A stretch of 64,000 bases of DNA from Bacteroidales bacterium. Its GTDB lineage: Bacteria > Bacteroidota > Bacteroidia > Bacteroidales > UBA7960. Each line of letters begins with the position of its first letter. Within the stretch, counting starts at the first letter, position 1. The notes beneath the pieces are model-generated. The model ran no database searches, was not told the DNA's origin, and saw only the letters and a list, made by a program, of their open reading frames with translations. Position numbers and translations under genes: made by a program. Location of the stretch: the NCBI GenBank assembly GCA_046261715.1, contig JBHEOF010000001.1, positions 29,690 to 93,689 of the forward strand, written 5' to 3'. Positions 20,125 to 30,667 of this stretch are shown here, one piece after another.

Positions 20125-20388
20125 TTACATCTGAAATTTCTTTGTCTTTTTCCACAATGCCACTCTGCTGATACCCAAATACTCAGCGGTTTTACTCTGA
20201 TTCCAGTCATTAAGTTCAAGTACATCTGTGAGTTGTTCCTTGTTGATTTTCAATCTTCCTGAACGGGTTTTCCTGAAGCTGTCGGAATAATAAACCGAAG
20301 CAGAAAGTTCCTGTTCTTTTGTTCTTACTGTTTCAGATGCAAGTTTACGATTCACTTTATTTCCTGATAAGCAGCCATGTATCTTCAT
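20125..20388 (-). CDS. small Fis-type helix-turn-helix protein (start uncertain: ATG 20388 or GTG 20355)
   Basis: The C-terminus LELNDWNQSKTAEYLGISRVALWKKTKKFQM is a Fis/NtrC-type HTH_8 motif. The upstream part of the 126-aa ORF overlaps the SPOR gene, so a shorter start is likely. Confidence 0.55.
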   Translation of the reverse strand: MKIHGCLSGNKVNRKLASETVRTKEQELSASVYYSDSFRKTRSGRLKINKEQLTDVLELNDWNQSKTAEYLGISRVALWKKTKKFQM

Positions 20389-20794
20389 GTTCCGGAAAGT
20401 CAGATCTGATTTGCAAAATTCTTCTTCTTGCATCAGCCTCGAGCAGATAAGAGTTAACCGAAACCCTGTGAAAACCGGTTTCGCTGAGTAAAATAACAGG
20501 GTCAAATCCCTTGAGTTTCATTTCTTCAGTATAACGATCGGCATTGGCTTTTTCTCTGAAGCTACCGATGATCACAAAAAACCCACGAGCATCATGAGCA
20601 CTTTCATCCTCCTGGCGTGTAAAAGTAAACCGTTCTTCAACTGCCCTTATTCTGGTATCGCTGTCTACTTCCAAAGAAACTTCAGTATCTCTTTCCATTG
20701 CAGGCCTCGGGCCTTCTGCTTCTGTCATTTTTTTGGTCCGGCAACCGGCCATAATCATAAATCCGGCCATGATTAATATTAATGTTCTCTTCAT
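20357..20794 (-). CDS. SPOR domain lipoprotein
   Basis: Start chosen at MKRTLILIMAGFMIMAGC (lipobox). The C-terminal SPOR fold reads FFVIIGSFREKANADRYTEEMKLKGFDPVILLSETGFHRVSVNSY. Confidence 0.75.
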   Translation of the reverse strand: MKRTLILIMAGFMIMAGCRTKKMTEAEGPRPAMERDTEVSLEVDSDTRIRAVEERFTFTRQEDESAHDARGFFVIIGSFREKANADRYTEEMKLKGFDPVILLSETGFHRVSVNSYLLEADARRRILQIRSDFPEHEDTWLLIRK

Positions 20795-21142
20795 CTTATA
20801 TTTGTTTTTAAATGGAATACTCTGTTTATTGTTACTACTCAAAAGTGTAATAACGCGAAATTAATCAATTTTGTATTACACTTCAGGTGGAAACGAAGAG
20901 GATTATTTCCGGATTTACAATACATTGAATTCCACAAATCGTGGAGAATCTTACTCATTTTCCTGTATGTAAACATGCTGATAAAACCTGATTTTAATAG
21001 AACAAAACACTCATTATGTACTGATAATATGTCACTTACAATTCTTCTTTATACTGTTGTATGAAAACATGGCATTGACATTGATTCCTTTTAATACGAA
21101 TAAATTGAAAAAATATTAATTTTAAAATCAAAATACAATATT

Positions 21143-21787
21143 ATGAGAACTAAAAAATTGGCAACTCTGGTAGCAATTTTATTCTTTTCTTTTCTGATTT
21201 CATCAAAAGTATATTCTCAGGAGGTGAGTGGCGGAATAAAGGGTGGTCTCACCATGAGTAATTTATACATTGACGCTGATGACCTGGATGATGAAAATGC
21301 CCGTTTCGGATTCCATGCAGGATTCTTCAGTCAGATCATGTTCTTTGAAACACTTGGTATTCAGCCTGAGATCCTGTTTACTACTAAAGGCACCGAAGCT
21401 ATTTATGAAGCTATTTATTCGGGGCTGTTTGATCAAACCGTAAAATTTAATTTAAGTTACATTGAAATACCAGCCCTGCTGATGTTCAGACCTGTTGAGA
21501 TACTTGAGTTTTATGCCGGACCTTACGCAGGAATTATGTTAGGCAGCAATATTGAATTTTCCGGACTCATTGACGGAGAAGATGAAATTGACAGGGATAA
21601 TTTCAACACCTTCGATTACGGTATTGCGGCAGGCTTAGCCATGAATTTTGGAAATGTAAAAGCAGGACTGCGCTACAATATAGGAATGTGGAAACTTGCC
21701 AAAACCGACCTGACAAACAGTTTACTGGGCGATAGCAAAAATGCTTACGGACAACTGTATATCGCATTCAGGATTACAGAGAAATAA
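21143..21787 (+). CDS. small outer-membrane beta-barrel (porin-family / PorT-like) protein
   Basis: 214 aa with signal peptide. Alternating strands GGIKGGLTMSN, FGFHAGFF, YIEIPALLMF, GIAAGLAMNF and a terminal aromatic strand. Confidence 0.7.
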   Translation: MRTKKLATLVAILFFSFLISSKVYSQEVSGGIKGGLTMSNLYIDADDLDDENARFGFHAGFFSQIMFFETLGIQPEILFTTKGTEAIYEAIYSGLFDQTVKFNLSYIEIPALLMFRPVEILEFYAGPYAGIMLGSNIEFSGLIDGEDEIDRDNFNTFDYGIAAGLAMNFGNVKAGLRYNIGMWKLAKTDLTNSLLGDSKNAYGQLYIAFRITEK

Positions 21788-21806
21788 AAATATTTATCCA
21801 TTAATA

Positions 21807-21846
21807 AAACAGCGGATAACCTGAGGAAATCCGCTGTTTTATTTTC
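21807..21846 (+). terminator. intrinsic terminator
   Basis: AAACAGCGGA...TCCGCTGTTT is a 10-bp stem followed by TATTTTC. Confidence 0.6.
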
Positions 21847-21948
21847 ATAGTAGTAATATTAACCATTCATATTTGACCTTGTGCCGGGATACTTTTTCTT
21901 TTAAAAATGCTATGTCATTTTTCGTAATTTAGCAAAAAATTCTGCCCG

Positions 21949-23907
21949 GTGATTAAACCCGAAACCATAGATAAAATATTTGATACCGCCCGCATTGAAG
22001 ATGTGGTGGGAGATTTTGTCACCCTGAAAAAACGGGGTGTGAATCTGCTGGGTTTGTGTCCTTTTCACAATGAAAAAACTCCTTCTTTCACGGTTTCTCC
22101 GGCTAAAGGTATTTTCAAATGTTTTGGTTGCGGCAAAGGAGGTAATGCCGTGAATTTTATCATGGAGCATGAGCACTTTAGCTATCCTGAAGCACTGAAA
22201 TACCTTGCAAACAAATATTCCATCGAGGTTGAAGAGGAAAAACCTTCAGTTGAGCAACAGGAAGTATTGGATGAAAAAGAGAGTCTTTTTAACCTGACTG
22301 CATTTGCACAAAAGCATTTTGAAGAAACCCTGCACAACACCGAAGAAGGGAAGGCAGTTGGTCTGAGTTATTTTAAAGAACGTGGTTTCACTACCGAAAC
22401 CATCAAAAAATTCGGTTTGGGTTATAGCCTGAATGTTTGGGATGATTTTACATCCAAAGCCCTGAAACATGGATATAAGAAAGAACTACTGGAAAAAAGC
22501 AGCCTGGTGCGCACAAAAGATCATCAGACCTATGACACCTTCAGGGCAAGGGTAACTTTTCCTATTCATAATCTTTCGGGGAGAGTTTTGGGTTTTGGCG
22601 CAAGAATTCTTACACAGGATAAAAAGAAACCCAAATATATCAATACTGCCGAGTCGGAGATTTACCATAAAAGCAAAGTACTTTACGGATTATACTTTGC
22701 CAAAAGTGCGATAGTTCGTGAAGACAACTGCTATCTAACTGAAGGTTATACCGATGTGATCTCACTATCGCAAGCAGGCATTGAAAATGTCATTTCTTCG
22801 TCGGGCACATCTCTTACCACAGAACAGATTCGGCTTATTCGCCGCTACACCCAAAATATCACTTTGTTGTTCGATGGCGATCCGGCAGGGATAAAAGCAG
22901 CATTCAGGGGAATTGACATGATCCTTGAAGAAGGTATGAATGTAAAAATCGTACTGTTTCCTGACGGGGAAGATCCTGATTCATACGCACGCAACTATCG
23001 CCCTGTTGAGGTAAAGGAGTTCATTACAAAAAATGCACATGATTTTATTACCTTCAAAACAAACCTTCTTCTTGAAGAAACGCAAAATGACCCGATCAGG
23101 AAAGCATCTCTGATCAAGGAAATAGCATTGAGTATTTCTCAAATTCCCGAACCCATTGCACGTACTTTGTATGTGCAGAAAAGCAGTGATCTGCTCGGGA
23201 TTGATGAAAAGCTGCTGATGGCCGAGATCAATAAACAGCGGAAGGAAAGGGCAAGAAAAAAGGCAACACAACCATCAGACAGAGATGAACAAACATGGGA
23301 GCCGGCTGAAACAGAAATTGCTTCTGAAAAACAAATTGAAAAAGGAATTCATGTTGATCAGCAGGAAAAGGAACTTATCAGGCTTTTACTACTCTACCAT
23401 GATCATGACATTATTTTTAATGAAAATGATGAAAACGGGCAGGCAATTGAATATAAGTTCAAAGTTTCAGATTATATAGTTGATGAAATAATGGACGATG
23501 AAATAGAATTTGACAATACCTATTGCCAGCAAATTTTTAATGAGTTTTCTCAGGCCAAAAATGAAAAAACAGCATTAAACGAACAACACTTTTTTCAACA
23601 TTCTGATCCGGAAATAAGCAAATTGGCAATTGATCTTACTTCATCGCAATACCTGCTAAGTGATCAATGGGAAAACAAACACAGCATTTTTGTAAAAAGA
23701 GAAGAAGACGACACAAAGAAAATTGTTTTTGAAGTACTTTATGCATTAAAACTTAAAAAGCTTGAAAAAAGGATTTATGAGAATAAGGAATTGCTAAAAG
23801 ACGAAAATGAAGAAGAGCAAATAATAAAAAGGCTTGAAAATCTGAAACAACTTGAAAGCATAAAAATCCTGATTGCTAAAGAATTAAGCAGAATTGTGAC
23901 TCAATAG
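21949..23907 (+). CDS. dnaG: DNA primase
   Basis: 652 aa with a GTG start. CHC2 zinc finger CPFHNEKTPSFTVSPAKGIFKCFGCGKGG. RNA-polymerase core, Toprim EGYTDV...DGDPAG, and a divergent acidic C-terminal domain. Confidence 0.93.
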   Translation: MIKPETIDKIFDTARIEDVVGDFVTLKKRGVNLLGLCPFHNEKTPSFTVSPAKGIFKCFGCGKGGNAVNFIMEHEHFSYPEALKYLANKYSIEVEEEKPSVEQQEVLDEKESLFNLTAFAQKHFEETLHNTEEGKAVGLSYFKERGFTTETIKKFGLGYSLNVWDDFTSKALKHGYKKELLEKSSLVRTKDHQTYDTFRARVTFPIHNLSGRVLGFGARILTQDKKKPKYINTAESEIYHKSKVLYGLYFAKSAIVREDNCYLTEGYTDVISLSQAGIENVISSSGTSLTTEQIRLIRRYTQNITLLFDGDPAGIKAAFRGIDMILEEGMNVKIVLFPDGEDPDSYARNYRPVEVKEFITKNAHDFITFKTNLLLEETQNDPIRKASLIKEIALSISQIPEPIARTLYVQKSSDLLGIDEKLLMAEINKQRKERARKKATQPSDRDEQTWEPAETEIASEKQIEKGIHVDQQEKELIRLLLLYHDHDIIFNENDENGQAIEYKFKVSDYIVDEIMDDEIEFDNTYCQQIFNEFSQAKNEKTALNEQHFFQHSDPEISKLAIDLTSSQYLLSDQWENKHSIFVKREEDDTKKIVFEVLYALKLKKLEKRIYENKELLKDENEEEQIIKRLENLKQLESIKILIAKELSRIVTQ

Positions 23908-23996
23908 AACCAACATATTCCGGCAGCAAAAATCTATTGAGATAAAACAGGCAACAAAATAACTTAATATCCGAATCATTTCAAACTGTTTTACAC

Positions 23997-24779
23997 ATGT
24001 CGATAAATTTAAAAAGGAAAGATCAGAAATATGAATACGGGTTGGTACTCAGCGGTGGGGGTACCCGCGGAGTTGCTCACCTGGGCGTAATCAAAGCTCT
24101 GGAAGAATCCGGAATAAAACCTGATATAATCAGTGGTGTGAGTGCGGGAAGTATTGTAGGTGCCCTTTACGCGGATGGCAAAAATCCTGAAGAGATCTTT
24201 GAAGCAATTACATCTCATAAAATGTTCAGCTTCCTTGAGTTCACAATCCCTAAAACAGGTTTAATAAAAATGTCGGGGTTTGAAAAAACTTTAAAAAAGC
24301 TATTAAAGGCAGAAAACTTTGAAGAACTCAACATACCTCTTAATATTTTTGCCGTTAACATGAACACTGGCGAGTATACCTGCTTCGACAGCGGCCCTCT
24401 TGCTGTTGTGGTAAAAGCATCCTCTTCTATTCCCATTGTATTTCCTCCGGTTGAAATTAATGGTGAATTATACACTGATGGCGGACTAATCAATAACTTT
24501 CCTTTAGAAGCTCTGGAGGGTAAATGTAAACGTATAATAGGAGTAAGTGTTAATCCACTGGGCATAAAGCGAAAACTTGACAGCCTTAAAATCATTGCCG
24601 AAAGAACCTTTCAGCTTAATATCCGAAGCCATACCCTCGACCGAAAAAACAGATGCGATCTTTTTATTGAACCCGAAGGTCTGGATGATTATAGCCTGAT
24701 CGATCTTTCAGGTGCTGAAGAAATGTTCAAAATGGGTTATAAAACGGCCAAAAAACTCATCAAAGAAAAAGGCTGGTAA
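23997..24779 (+). CDS. patatin-like phospholipase
   Basis: 260 aa. Oxyanion motif GGGTRG, nucleophile elbow GVSAGS and catalytic DGG. Confidence 0.85.
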   Translation: MSINLKRKDQKYEYGLVLSGGGTRGVAHLGVIKALEESGIKPDIISGVSAGSIVGALYADGKNPEEIFEAITSHKMFSFLEFTIPKTGLIKMSGFEKTLKKLLKAENFEELNIPLNIFAVNMNTGEYTCFDSGPLAVVVKASSSIPIVFPPVEINGELYTDGGLINNFPLEALEGKCKRIIGVSVNPLGIKRKLDSLKIIAERTFQLNIRSHTLDRKNRCDLFIEPEGLDDYSLIDLSGAEEMFKMGYKTAKKLIKEKGW

Positions 24780-24831
24780 TAGATTAGATGCAATTTGTTA
24801 ATTTTGCCCTTTCAAATCAACTGGTGAAATT

Positions 24832-26319
24832 ATGTCAAACAATAAAAATATTTACATATACAATACATTAAGCCGTAAGAAGGAACTTTTTGAACCTTTA
24901 AAGCCTCCTTTTGTGGGTTTATATGTTTGTGGACCCACTGTTTACGGCGATGGTCACTTGGGTCATGCACGCCCTGCCATTACCTTCGACCTGGTTTTCA
25001 GGTATCTGCTCCACCTGGGATATAAGGTAAGATACGTGCGCAACATAACAGATGTTGGACATCTTGAAAATGATGAACTGGAACAGGGAGAAGATAAAAT
25101 CGAAAAAAAAGCCCGTCTTGAACAGCTTGAACCCATGGAAGTGGTGCAATATTACACCGACCGTTATCATGAAGATATGGACAGTCTGAATGTTAAAAAA
25201 CCAAGTATTGAACCCAGGGCATCAGGACATATCATTGAACAGATAGAGCTCACCAAACAAATTCTTAAGGCCGGTTATGCTTACGAAGTGAATGGCTCGG
25301 TATATTTCGATGTAGAAAAATACCATAAAAAACATCAATATGGAAAGTTGAGCGGCCGTGTCATTGAGGAGATGATGGCCAACACGCGCGAGCTGGAAGG
25401 GCAGGAAGAAAAACGCAGCAATGTGGATTTTGCACTATGGAAAAAAGCATCTCCATCGCATATCATGCGCTGGCCATCACCATGGAGTGAAGGTTTTCCG
25501 GGTTGGCACCTTGAATGTTCAGCAATGAGCACCAAATACCTGGGCGAAGTATTCGACATTCACGGAGGTGGCATGGATCTGCTTTTTCCCCATCATGAAT
25601 GTGAGATCGCACAGTCTAATGCAGCACAGGGTAAAGACGCCGTGAAATTGTGGATGCATAACAATATGATTACCATCAACGGCCAGAAAATGGGAAAATC
25701 ACTGGGCAATTTTATTACCCTCAGGCAATTCTTCAAAGGCGACCATGAAACCCTTGAAAAAGCATACAGCCCAATGACGATTAGGTTCTTCATTTTGCAG
25801 GCCCATTACCGTAGCACGCTTGACTTCAGCAATGAAGCGCTTATTGCAGCAGAAAAGGGATTAAAAAGGCTTTTACAAGCAATGGATGCCCTTAACAGCC
25901 TGAAACCGGCAGATAAATCATCAGCAAATATAAACCATCTTGAAGCGGATTGTTATAATGCACTCAACGATGATTTCAACAGTCCTGTGGCCATAGCTCA
26001 TTTGTTTGATGCTGTGAGGATTATTAATTCCGTTCATGATGGTAAAGACACACTCAGCAAAGAGGACCTTGAAAACCTTAAAATAGTCTTCCGCAATTTT
26101 GTTATGGAAATCTTTGGTTTGAAATCTGAAATTGCAGCAGAAAATAAGCAAACCGAAACCTTGTTGCATGGTATAATGAAACTTTTACTCGATATCCGTC
26201 AGAAGGCCAAAGAACAAAAAGATTACTCCACATCCGATAACATACGCGATCAGTTGACTTCGCTTAAGATTGCAGTAAAAGACAGTAAGGATGGTGCTAC
26301 CTGGGAATTGAAAGAGTAA
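24832..26319 (+). CDS. cysS: cysteinyl-tRNA synthetase
   Basis: 495 aa. Class I HIGH-type GHLGHAR, KMSKS-type KMGKS, and YVCGPTVY and WHLEC motifs. Confidence 0.95.
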   Translation: MSNNKNIYIYNTLSRKKELFEPLKPPFVGLYVCGPTVYGDGHLGHARPAITFDLVFRYLLHLGYKVRYVRNITDVGHLENDELEQGEDKIEKKARLEQLEPMEVVQYYTDRYHEDMDSLNVKKPSIEPRASGHIIEQIELTKQILKAGYAYEVNGSVYFDVEKYHKKHQYGKLSGRVIEEMMANTRELEGQEEKRSNVDFALWKKASPSHIMRWPSPWSEGFPGWHLECSAMSTKYLGEVFDIHGGGMDLLFPHHECEIAQSNAAQGKDAVKLWMHNNMITINGQKMGKSLGNFITLRQFFKGDHETLEKAYSPMTIRFFILQAHYRSTLDFSNEALIAAEKGLKRLLQAMDALNSLKPADKSSANINHLEADCYNALNDDFNSPVAIAHLFDAVRIINSVHDGKDTLSKEDLENLKIVFRNFVMEIFGLKSEIAAENKQTETLLHGIMKLLLDIRQKAKEQKDYSTSDNIRDQLTSLKIAVKDSKDGATWELKE

Positions 26320-26344
26320 CTTAATCTTTCCGCAGGAATTATAA

Positions 26345-26380
26345 AAAAGGCTGTAAAGGAAAACCTGTACAGCCTTTTTC
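26345..26380. terminator. bidirectional intrinsic terminator between cysS (+) and mmdB (-)
   Basis: AAAAGGCTGTA...TACAGCCTTTT stem flanked by A and T tracts. Confidence 0.55.
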
Positions 26381-26401
26381 AACGAAATCAATCAATTTTT
26401 C

Positions 26402-27565
26402 TTATGTAAGAAAGCTAAGCAGGATTCCGGCGGCAATGGCACTTCCTATTACACCTGATACATTGGCAGCCATTGCATGCATGAGCAGATGATTGGTTTT
26501 ATCGTACTCAAGACCCACATGTTGCGAAACACGTGCGCTATCGGGCACAGCTGATACGCCTGAATTACCAATCAAAGGATTTATCTTGTTACCCTCTGAT
26601 GCAAAAAAGTTCATAACTTTAGCAAACAACACCCCGCTGAATGTTGCTACAATAAAGGATGCAGCACCCAATCCAAAGATCATCATCGACTGGGGGGTGA
26701 TAAATACATCACCCTGAGTAGATGCACCTACTGTAAGACCGAGAAAGATAGTAACAATATCAATGAGCGATGATCTTGCTGTTTCAGCCAGGCGATTGGT
26801 AACACCACTCTCTTTCAGGAGATTTCCAAAGAACAACATCCCCAGCAATGGCAATGAGGTTGGCATAATAAAAGTGGTAAGAAGCATACCAATAATCGGA
26901 AATAGAATTTTCTCCTGCTTGGGAACGGCACGCGGCGGTTTCATACGAATGAGCCTTTCCTTTTTGGTAGTCAGGAGCCGCATGATAGGCGGCTGAATCA
27001 CAGGCACCAGTGCCATATACGAATACGCTGCAATGGCAATTGGACCGATAAATTCAGGTGCAAGTTTTGATGAAAGAAAGATCGCCGTGGGGCCATCGGC
27101 ACCACCAATAATGGCAATTGCACCGGCCTGTTCAGGTTCAAAACCCAGCAATAAAGATGATGAATAAGCAGCAAAAATACCAAATTGCGCAGCTGCTCCC
27201 AGTAGTACCAGCTTTGGCTTTGAAAGCAATGATGAAAAATCCGTCATTGCTCCAATTCCAAGGAATATAAGTGGAGGATAAAATCCTCTTTCCACTCCCT
27301 GGTAAAGCAAATTAAGCACACTTCCTTCTTCGTAAATCCCGATTTGTAGATTGGCTGAAAGATCAAATGGTATATTTCCTAAAATAATCCCAAACCCAAT
27401 GGGTATAAGCAATAAAGGTTCGTAATGCTTAATGATGGCCAGTGAAATAAAGAAAAGACCGACACATATCATTATCAGGTGACGATAATCAACATTGGCA
27501 AAGCCTGTGTATCCATAGAGTTCGGATAATTGTTCTGTTATGAATTGAAAAACTCCTGTATCCAT
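26402..27565 (-). CDS. mmdB: Na+-translocating decarboxylase beta subunit (OadB/MmdB family)
   Basis: 387 aa polytopic membrane protein. Motifs EPLLLIPIGFG, GADGPTAIF and NLLKESGV are typical of oxaloacetate/methylmalonyl-CoA decarboxylase beta chains. Confidence 0.9.
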   Translation of the reverse strand: MDTGVFQFITEQLSELYGYTGFANVDYRHLIMICVGLFFISLAIIKHYEPLLLIPIGFGIILGNIPFDLSANLQIGIYEEGSVLNLLYQGVERGFYPPLIFLGIGAMTDFSSLLSKPKLVLLGAAAQFGIFAAYSSSLLLGFEPEQAGAIAIIGGADGPTAIFLSSKLAPEFIGPIAIAAYSYMALVPVIQPPIMRLLTTKKERLIRMKPPRAVPKQEKILFPIIGMLLTTFIMPTSLPLLGMLFFGNLLKESGVTNRLAETARSSLIDIVTIFLGLTVGASTQGDVFITPQSMMIFGLGAASFIVATFSGVLFAKVMNFFASEGNKINPLIGNSGVSAVPDSARVSQHVGLEYDKTNHLLMHAMAANVSGVIGSAIAAGILLSFLT

Positions 27566-27575
27566 AATAAATCTC

Positions 27576-28010
27576 CTATCCTATTTCAATCATTACATCA
27601 CCTTCCATAACTGATTGACCTGGATTAACCAGAATAGCAGCAACGGTACCTTCTTTATCAGAGTCAATATTATTCTCCATTTTCATTGCTTCAAGGGTAA
27701 TAAGTTTCTGGCCCATTGATATCTTATCACCCACTTTGCAGTGAATATTTAATACCGTGCCCGGCAGTGGTGCCTTAATGTTACCAACACCTTTGCTAAC
27801 CCTGGTTCCTGTACCTTCTGACGGGGTTGTATCGGTAGAAGGTACGGCACGTGCCCGAACCAGCTTGGGAGTTTTTACCGGTTGAATAGATCTGTCAACC
27901 TCAACATTGTATGTTGAACCGTTTACCTCCAGTTCAATGATGTTGTCTTCCACGTTGAGAATGCTAACATCATATTCATTACCATGTATCGTAAACTTAT
28001 ATTTTTTCAT
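27576..28010 (-). CDS. mmdC: biotin carboxyl carrier subunit of the decarboxylase
   Basis: 144 aa with the C-terminal biotinyl domain and EAMKMEN biotin-attachment motif. Confidence 0.85.
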   Translation of the reverse strand: MKKYKFTIHGNEYDVSILNVEDNIIELEVNGSTYNVEVDRSIQPVKTPKLVRARAVPSTDTTPSEGTGTRVSKGVGNIKAPLPGTVLNIHCKVGDKISMGQKLITLEAMKMENNIDSDKEGTVAAILVNPGQSVMEGDVMIEIG

Positions 28011-28053
28011 TGTTTTTATTCTTTTCCAGAAATGACAGTCGTAAAATTACCCG

Positions 28054-28500
28054 TCAGTTTTTTGTTATATTTCTTAATCCGTAAATTTTTGAGCTCCAGG
28101 GCGAATAAGTTCGCGAAACCTTGCTGATAGTAAGTACCGTATTTTCGTAGTCATGAAGTTCAGACCGATAAAGGTAAATTGCTGCGGCAATGGCTGCATT
28201 TACTTCACCACTAAGGTCTTCCGGTCGTGAAGCCTTGCTATCATCAGTATCAATTTCTTGTTTTGTATATTTTCGCCCTGACCATAATGATGATAATCGC
28301 GATTTAAACTCCGGCGAATAGATTCGTTGAGTGTTTGAAAAAACTGCAAAAAGAAGAACCAATGATAAAAACACGATTCCCATTCCTAATATGGCCATAA
28401 GAACACCGTAAGGGTCATTCTGGGCAAACACAGAAACTTCATCGGCTGCTCTTGTATTGCCGGTTTCCACTTGTTGCGCAATATAATGTATATTCAGCAT
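28054..28500 (-). CDS. OadG-family small membrane subunit (decarboxylase gamma/delta-like)
   Basis: 148 aa. A single TM helix GVLMAILGMGIVFLSLVLLFAVF is followed by an A-rich linker (VNAAIAAAIYLY). Its position is between the carboxyltransferase and BCCP genes. Confidence 0.65.
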   Translation of the reverse strand: MLNIHYIAQQVETGNTRAADEVSVFAQNDPYGVLMAILGMGIVFLSLVLLFAVFSNTQRIYSPEFKSRLSSLWSGRKYTKQEIDTDDSKASRPEDLSGEVNAAIAAAIYLYRSELHDYENTVLTISKVSRTYSPWSSKIYGLRNITKN

Positions 28501-28513
28501 AATTATTTATAGA

Positions 28514-30073
28514 TTACAGTGGAATATTTGAATGTTTTTTCGGAGGGTTCAAATCCTTTTTGGTAGCCAGCGATTGCAAAGCCCTTATAATTCTGAACCT
28601 GGTATTTCTTGGTTCAATAACATCATCAATATACCCGTATTTTGCCGCATTATAAGGAGTAGCAAATTTCTCAAGGTATTCATTTTCTTTATCAATGATG
28701 AATTTTAATCGTTCTTCTTCATTTTCAATGGCTTTAATCTCTTTGTTTCTGAGAATTTCTGTTGCCCCCTTAGGCCCCATAACAGCAATCTCTGCCATGG
28801 GCCATGCATAGTTGATATCACCGCGCAGGTGTTTCGAACTCATTACACAATAGGCACCTCCATAAGCCTTTCGAAGCACCACAGTAACTTTTGGAACAGT
28901 CGCTTCACCATAAGCAAAAAGCAGCTTGGCTCCGTGTAGAATTATACCACCATATTCCTGCACTGTTCCCGGGAGAAAACCGGGCACATCAACAAGGGTA
29001 ACAAGAGGAATATTGAAAGAATCGCAAAATCTGACAAACCGGGCAGCCTTTCTTGAAGCATTGATATCAAGAACCCCTGCAAGATATTTTGGTTGATTGG
29101 CAACTATGCCCACAGGCATACCATTGAAACGGGCAAATCCGGTTATAATATTAGATGCATAATTGCGATGAACCTCCAAAAACTCGTTATAATCCACAAT
29201 GGCATAAATCACATCCTTTACATCATACGGTTTATTGGGATTTACAGGAATAATATCATTCAGCTCATCGTCAAGTCTGTCAATAGGATCTTCGCATGGT
29301 GAAAGCGGAGGATCTTCAAGATTATTCTGGGGAAGAAAGCTCAACATTTTTCTGATGAGCAATAAGCCCTGTTCTTCATCATCAGCTACAAACTGAGCCA
29401 CACCGGACTTTGATCCATGTGTCATGGCACCACCAAGCTCCTGATCTGTTACCACTTCGCCTGTTACAGTTTTCACAACTTTGGGACCTGTAAGAAACAT
29501 ATAGCTATTCTCTTTGGTCATAACAATAAAATCGGTGAGGGCGGGAGAATAAACTGCCCCACCGGCACAAGGGCCAAAGATTCCGGTGATTTGGGGTATA
29601 ACTCCTGATGCATTGATATTACGTTGAAATATCTCAGCATAACCTGCAAGACTGTTAACGCCTTCCTGAATTCTTGCACCACCACTATCGTTCAGACCGA
29701 TAACGGGTGCACCTACCTTCATGGCCTTGTCCATTATTTTGCAGATTTTCTCAGCATAGGCAAGCGACAATGAACCGCCGAAAACAGTAAAATCCTGGGC
29801 ATAAACATAAACCAGACGCCCGTCAACCGTGCCAAAACCTGTTATTACTCCATCGGAATATATTTTTTGTGATTCTATTCCGAAATCATTGCAACGGTGG
29901 GTAACAAACATATCAAACTCTTCGAAGCTTCCTTCATCAAGTAAAATATCAATCCGTTCGCGGGCAGTCAGTTTACCTTTACGATGCTGTGCATCAATAC
30001 GTTTTTGCCCGCCGCCAAGCTTTGCCAGCTCACGCTTCTCGAGCAATTCTTTAATTTTCCTTTCAAACGACAT
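28514..30073 (-). CDS. mmdA: methylmalonyl-CoA decarboxylase alpha subunit / acyl-CoA carboxyltransferase
   Basis: Start chosen at [22 protein letters not shown] (ATG 30073). The body is the duplicated crotonase-like carboxyltransferase fold ([52 protein letters not shown]). Confidence 0.92.
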   Translation of the reverse strand: MSFERKIKELLEKRELAKLGGGQKRIDAQHRKGKLTARERIDILLDEGSFEEFDMFVTHRCNDFGIESQKIYSDGVITGFGTVDGRLVYVYAQDFTVFGGSLSLAYAEKICKIMDKAMKVGAPVIGLNDSGGARIQEGVNSLAGYAEIFQRNINASGVIPQITGIFGPCAGGAVYSPALTDFIVMTKENSYMFLTGPKVVKTVTGEVVTDQELGGAMTHGSKSGVAQFVADDEEQGLLLIRKMLSFLPQNNLEDPPLSPCEDPIDRLDDELNDIIPVNPNKPYDVKDVIYAIVDYNEFLEVHRNYASNIITGFARFNGMPVGIVANQPKYLAGVLDINASRKAARFVRFCDSFNIPLVTLVDVPGFLPGTVQEYGGIILHGAKLLFAYGEATVPKVTVVLRKAYGGAYCVMSSKHLRGDINYAWPMAEIAVMGPKGATEILRNKEIKAIENEEERLKFIIDKENEYLEKFATPYNAAKYGYIDDVIEPRNTRFRIIRALQSLATKKDLNPPKKHSNIPL

Positions 30074-30092
30074 GTCAGAATTTACTTTACAG

Positions 30093-30506
30093 TTAGGATT
30101 TGTTTTTGTCTTCGCAAAGTTCGGTAAGCACTCCACCGGTAGATTTTGGATGCAGGAAAGCAATATCAAGACCTTCGGCTCCTTTTCGCGGTTGCTGATC
30201 TACCAGTTGAATTCCTTTTTCCTGCAGGGTAACAAGTGCATTCTCAATACCATCAACAGCAAAAGCAAGATGATGAACTCCTTCTCCTTTTTTCTCAATA
30301 AATTTTCCGATGGGGCCACCGGGGTCAGTAGACTCAAGAAGTTCGATTTTTGTGTCGCCAAGCTTGAAGAAAGCAGTTTTAACTTTTTGATCTTTTACCT
30401 CCTCAATGGCATAGCATGCAAGACCCAGCACATCTTCATAAAAACGAATGGATTCATCAAGATCTTTTACAGCAATACCAATGTGTTCAATATGGGTAAG
30501 TTTCAT
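30093..30506 (-). CDS. mce: methylmalonyl-CoA epimerase (VOC/glyoxalase fold)
   Basis: Start chosen at [23 protein letters not shown] (ATG 30506). Also GEGVHHLAF and [14 protein letters not shown]. Confidence 0.9.
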   Translation of the reverse strand: MKLTHIEHIGIAVKDLDESIRFYEDVLGLACYAIEEVKDQKVKTAFFKLGDTKIELLESTDPGGPIGKFIEKKGEGVHHLAFAVDGIENALVTLQEKGIQLVDQQPRKGAEGLDIAFLHPKSTGGVLTELCEDKNKS

Positions 30507-30667
30507 AAGATTTATATTAAGGGTGAGGGATAATATTTGCCGCAAAGTTATGGATTTAAACCATTAAAAAAAGCGTGAAAACATGATTTATATTCACATT
30601 AGATTAAAATTGTGAAATAAATAACAAAGTAGTGTGATAAGATGCTTAAGGGTTGAAAATCCAAGAC

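Noticed and set aside
20843-20883. A perfect 10-bp inverted repeat, AAGTGTAATA...TATTACACTT, with a 21-nt loop upstream of the SPOR lipoprotein gene.
   Set aside because: It is AT-rich, has a long loop, no flanking T tract and no second copy in the window. This is insufficient to call an operator or terminator.
23997-24779. The patatin-like phospholipase as a possible defence-system effector (CBASS-like or similar).
   Set aside because: It stands alone between dnaG and cysS, with no cyclase, sensor or partner gene. It resembles housekeeping RssA-type patatins.
29829-30533. A 234-aa + strand ORF.
   Set aside because: It is antisense across the mmdA 5-prime end and all of mce. The translation is Ser/Phe/Ile-rich nonsense, while both sense genes have strong family motifs.
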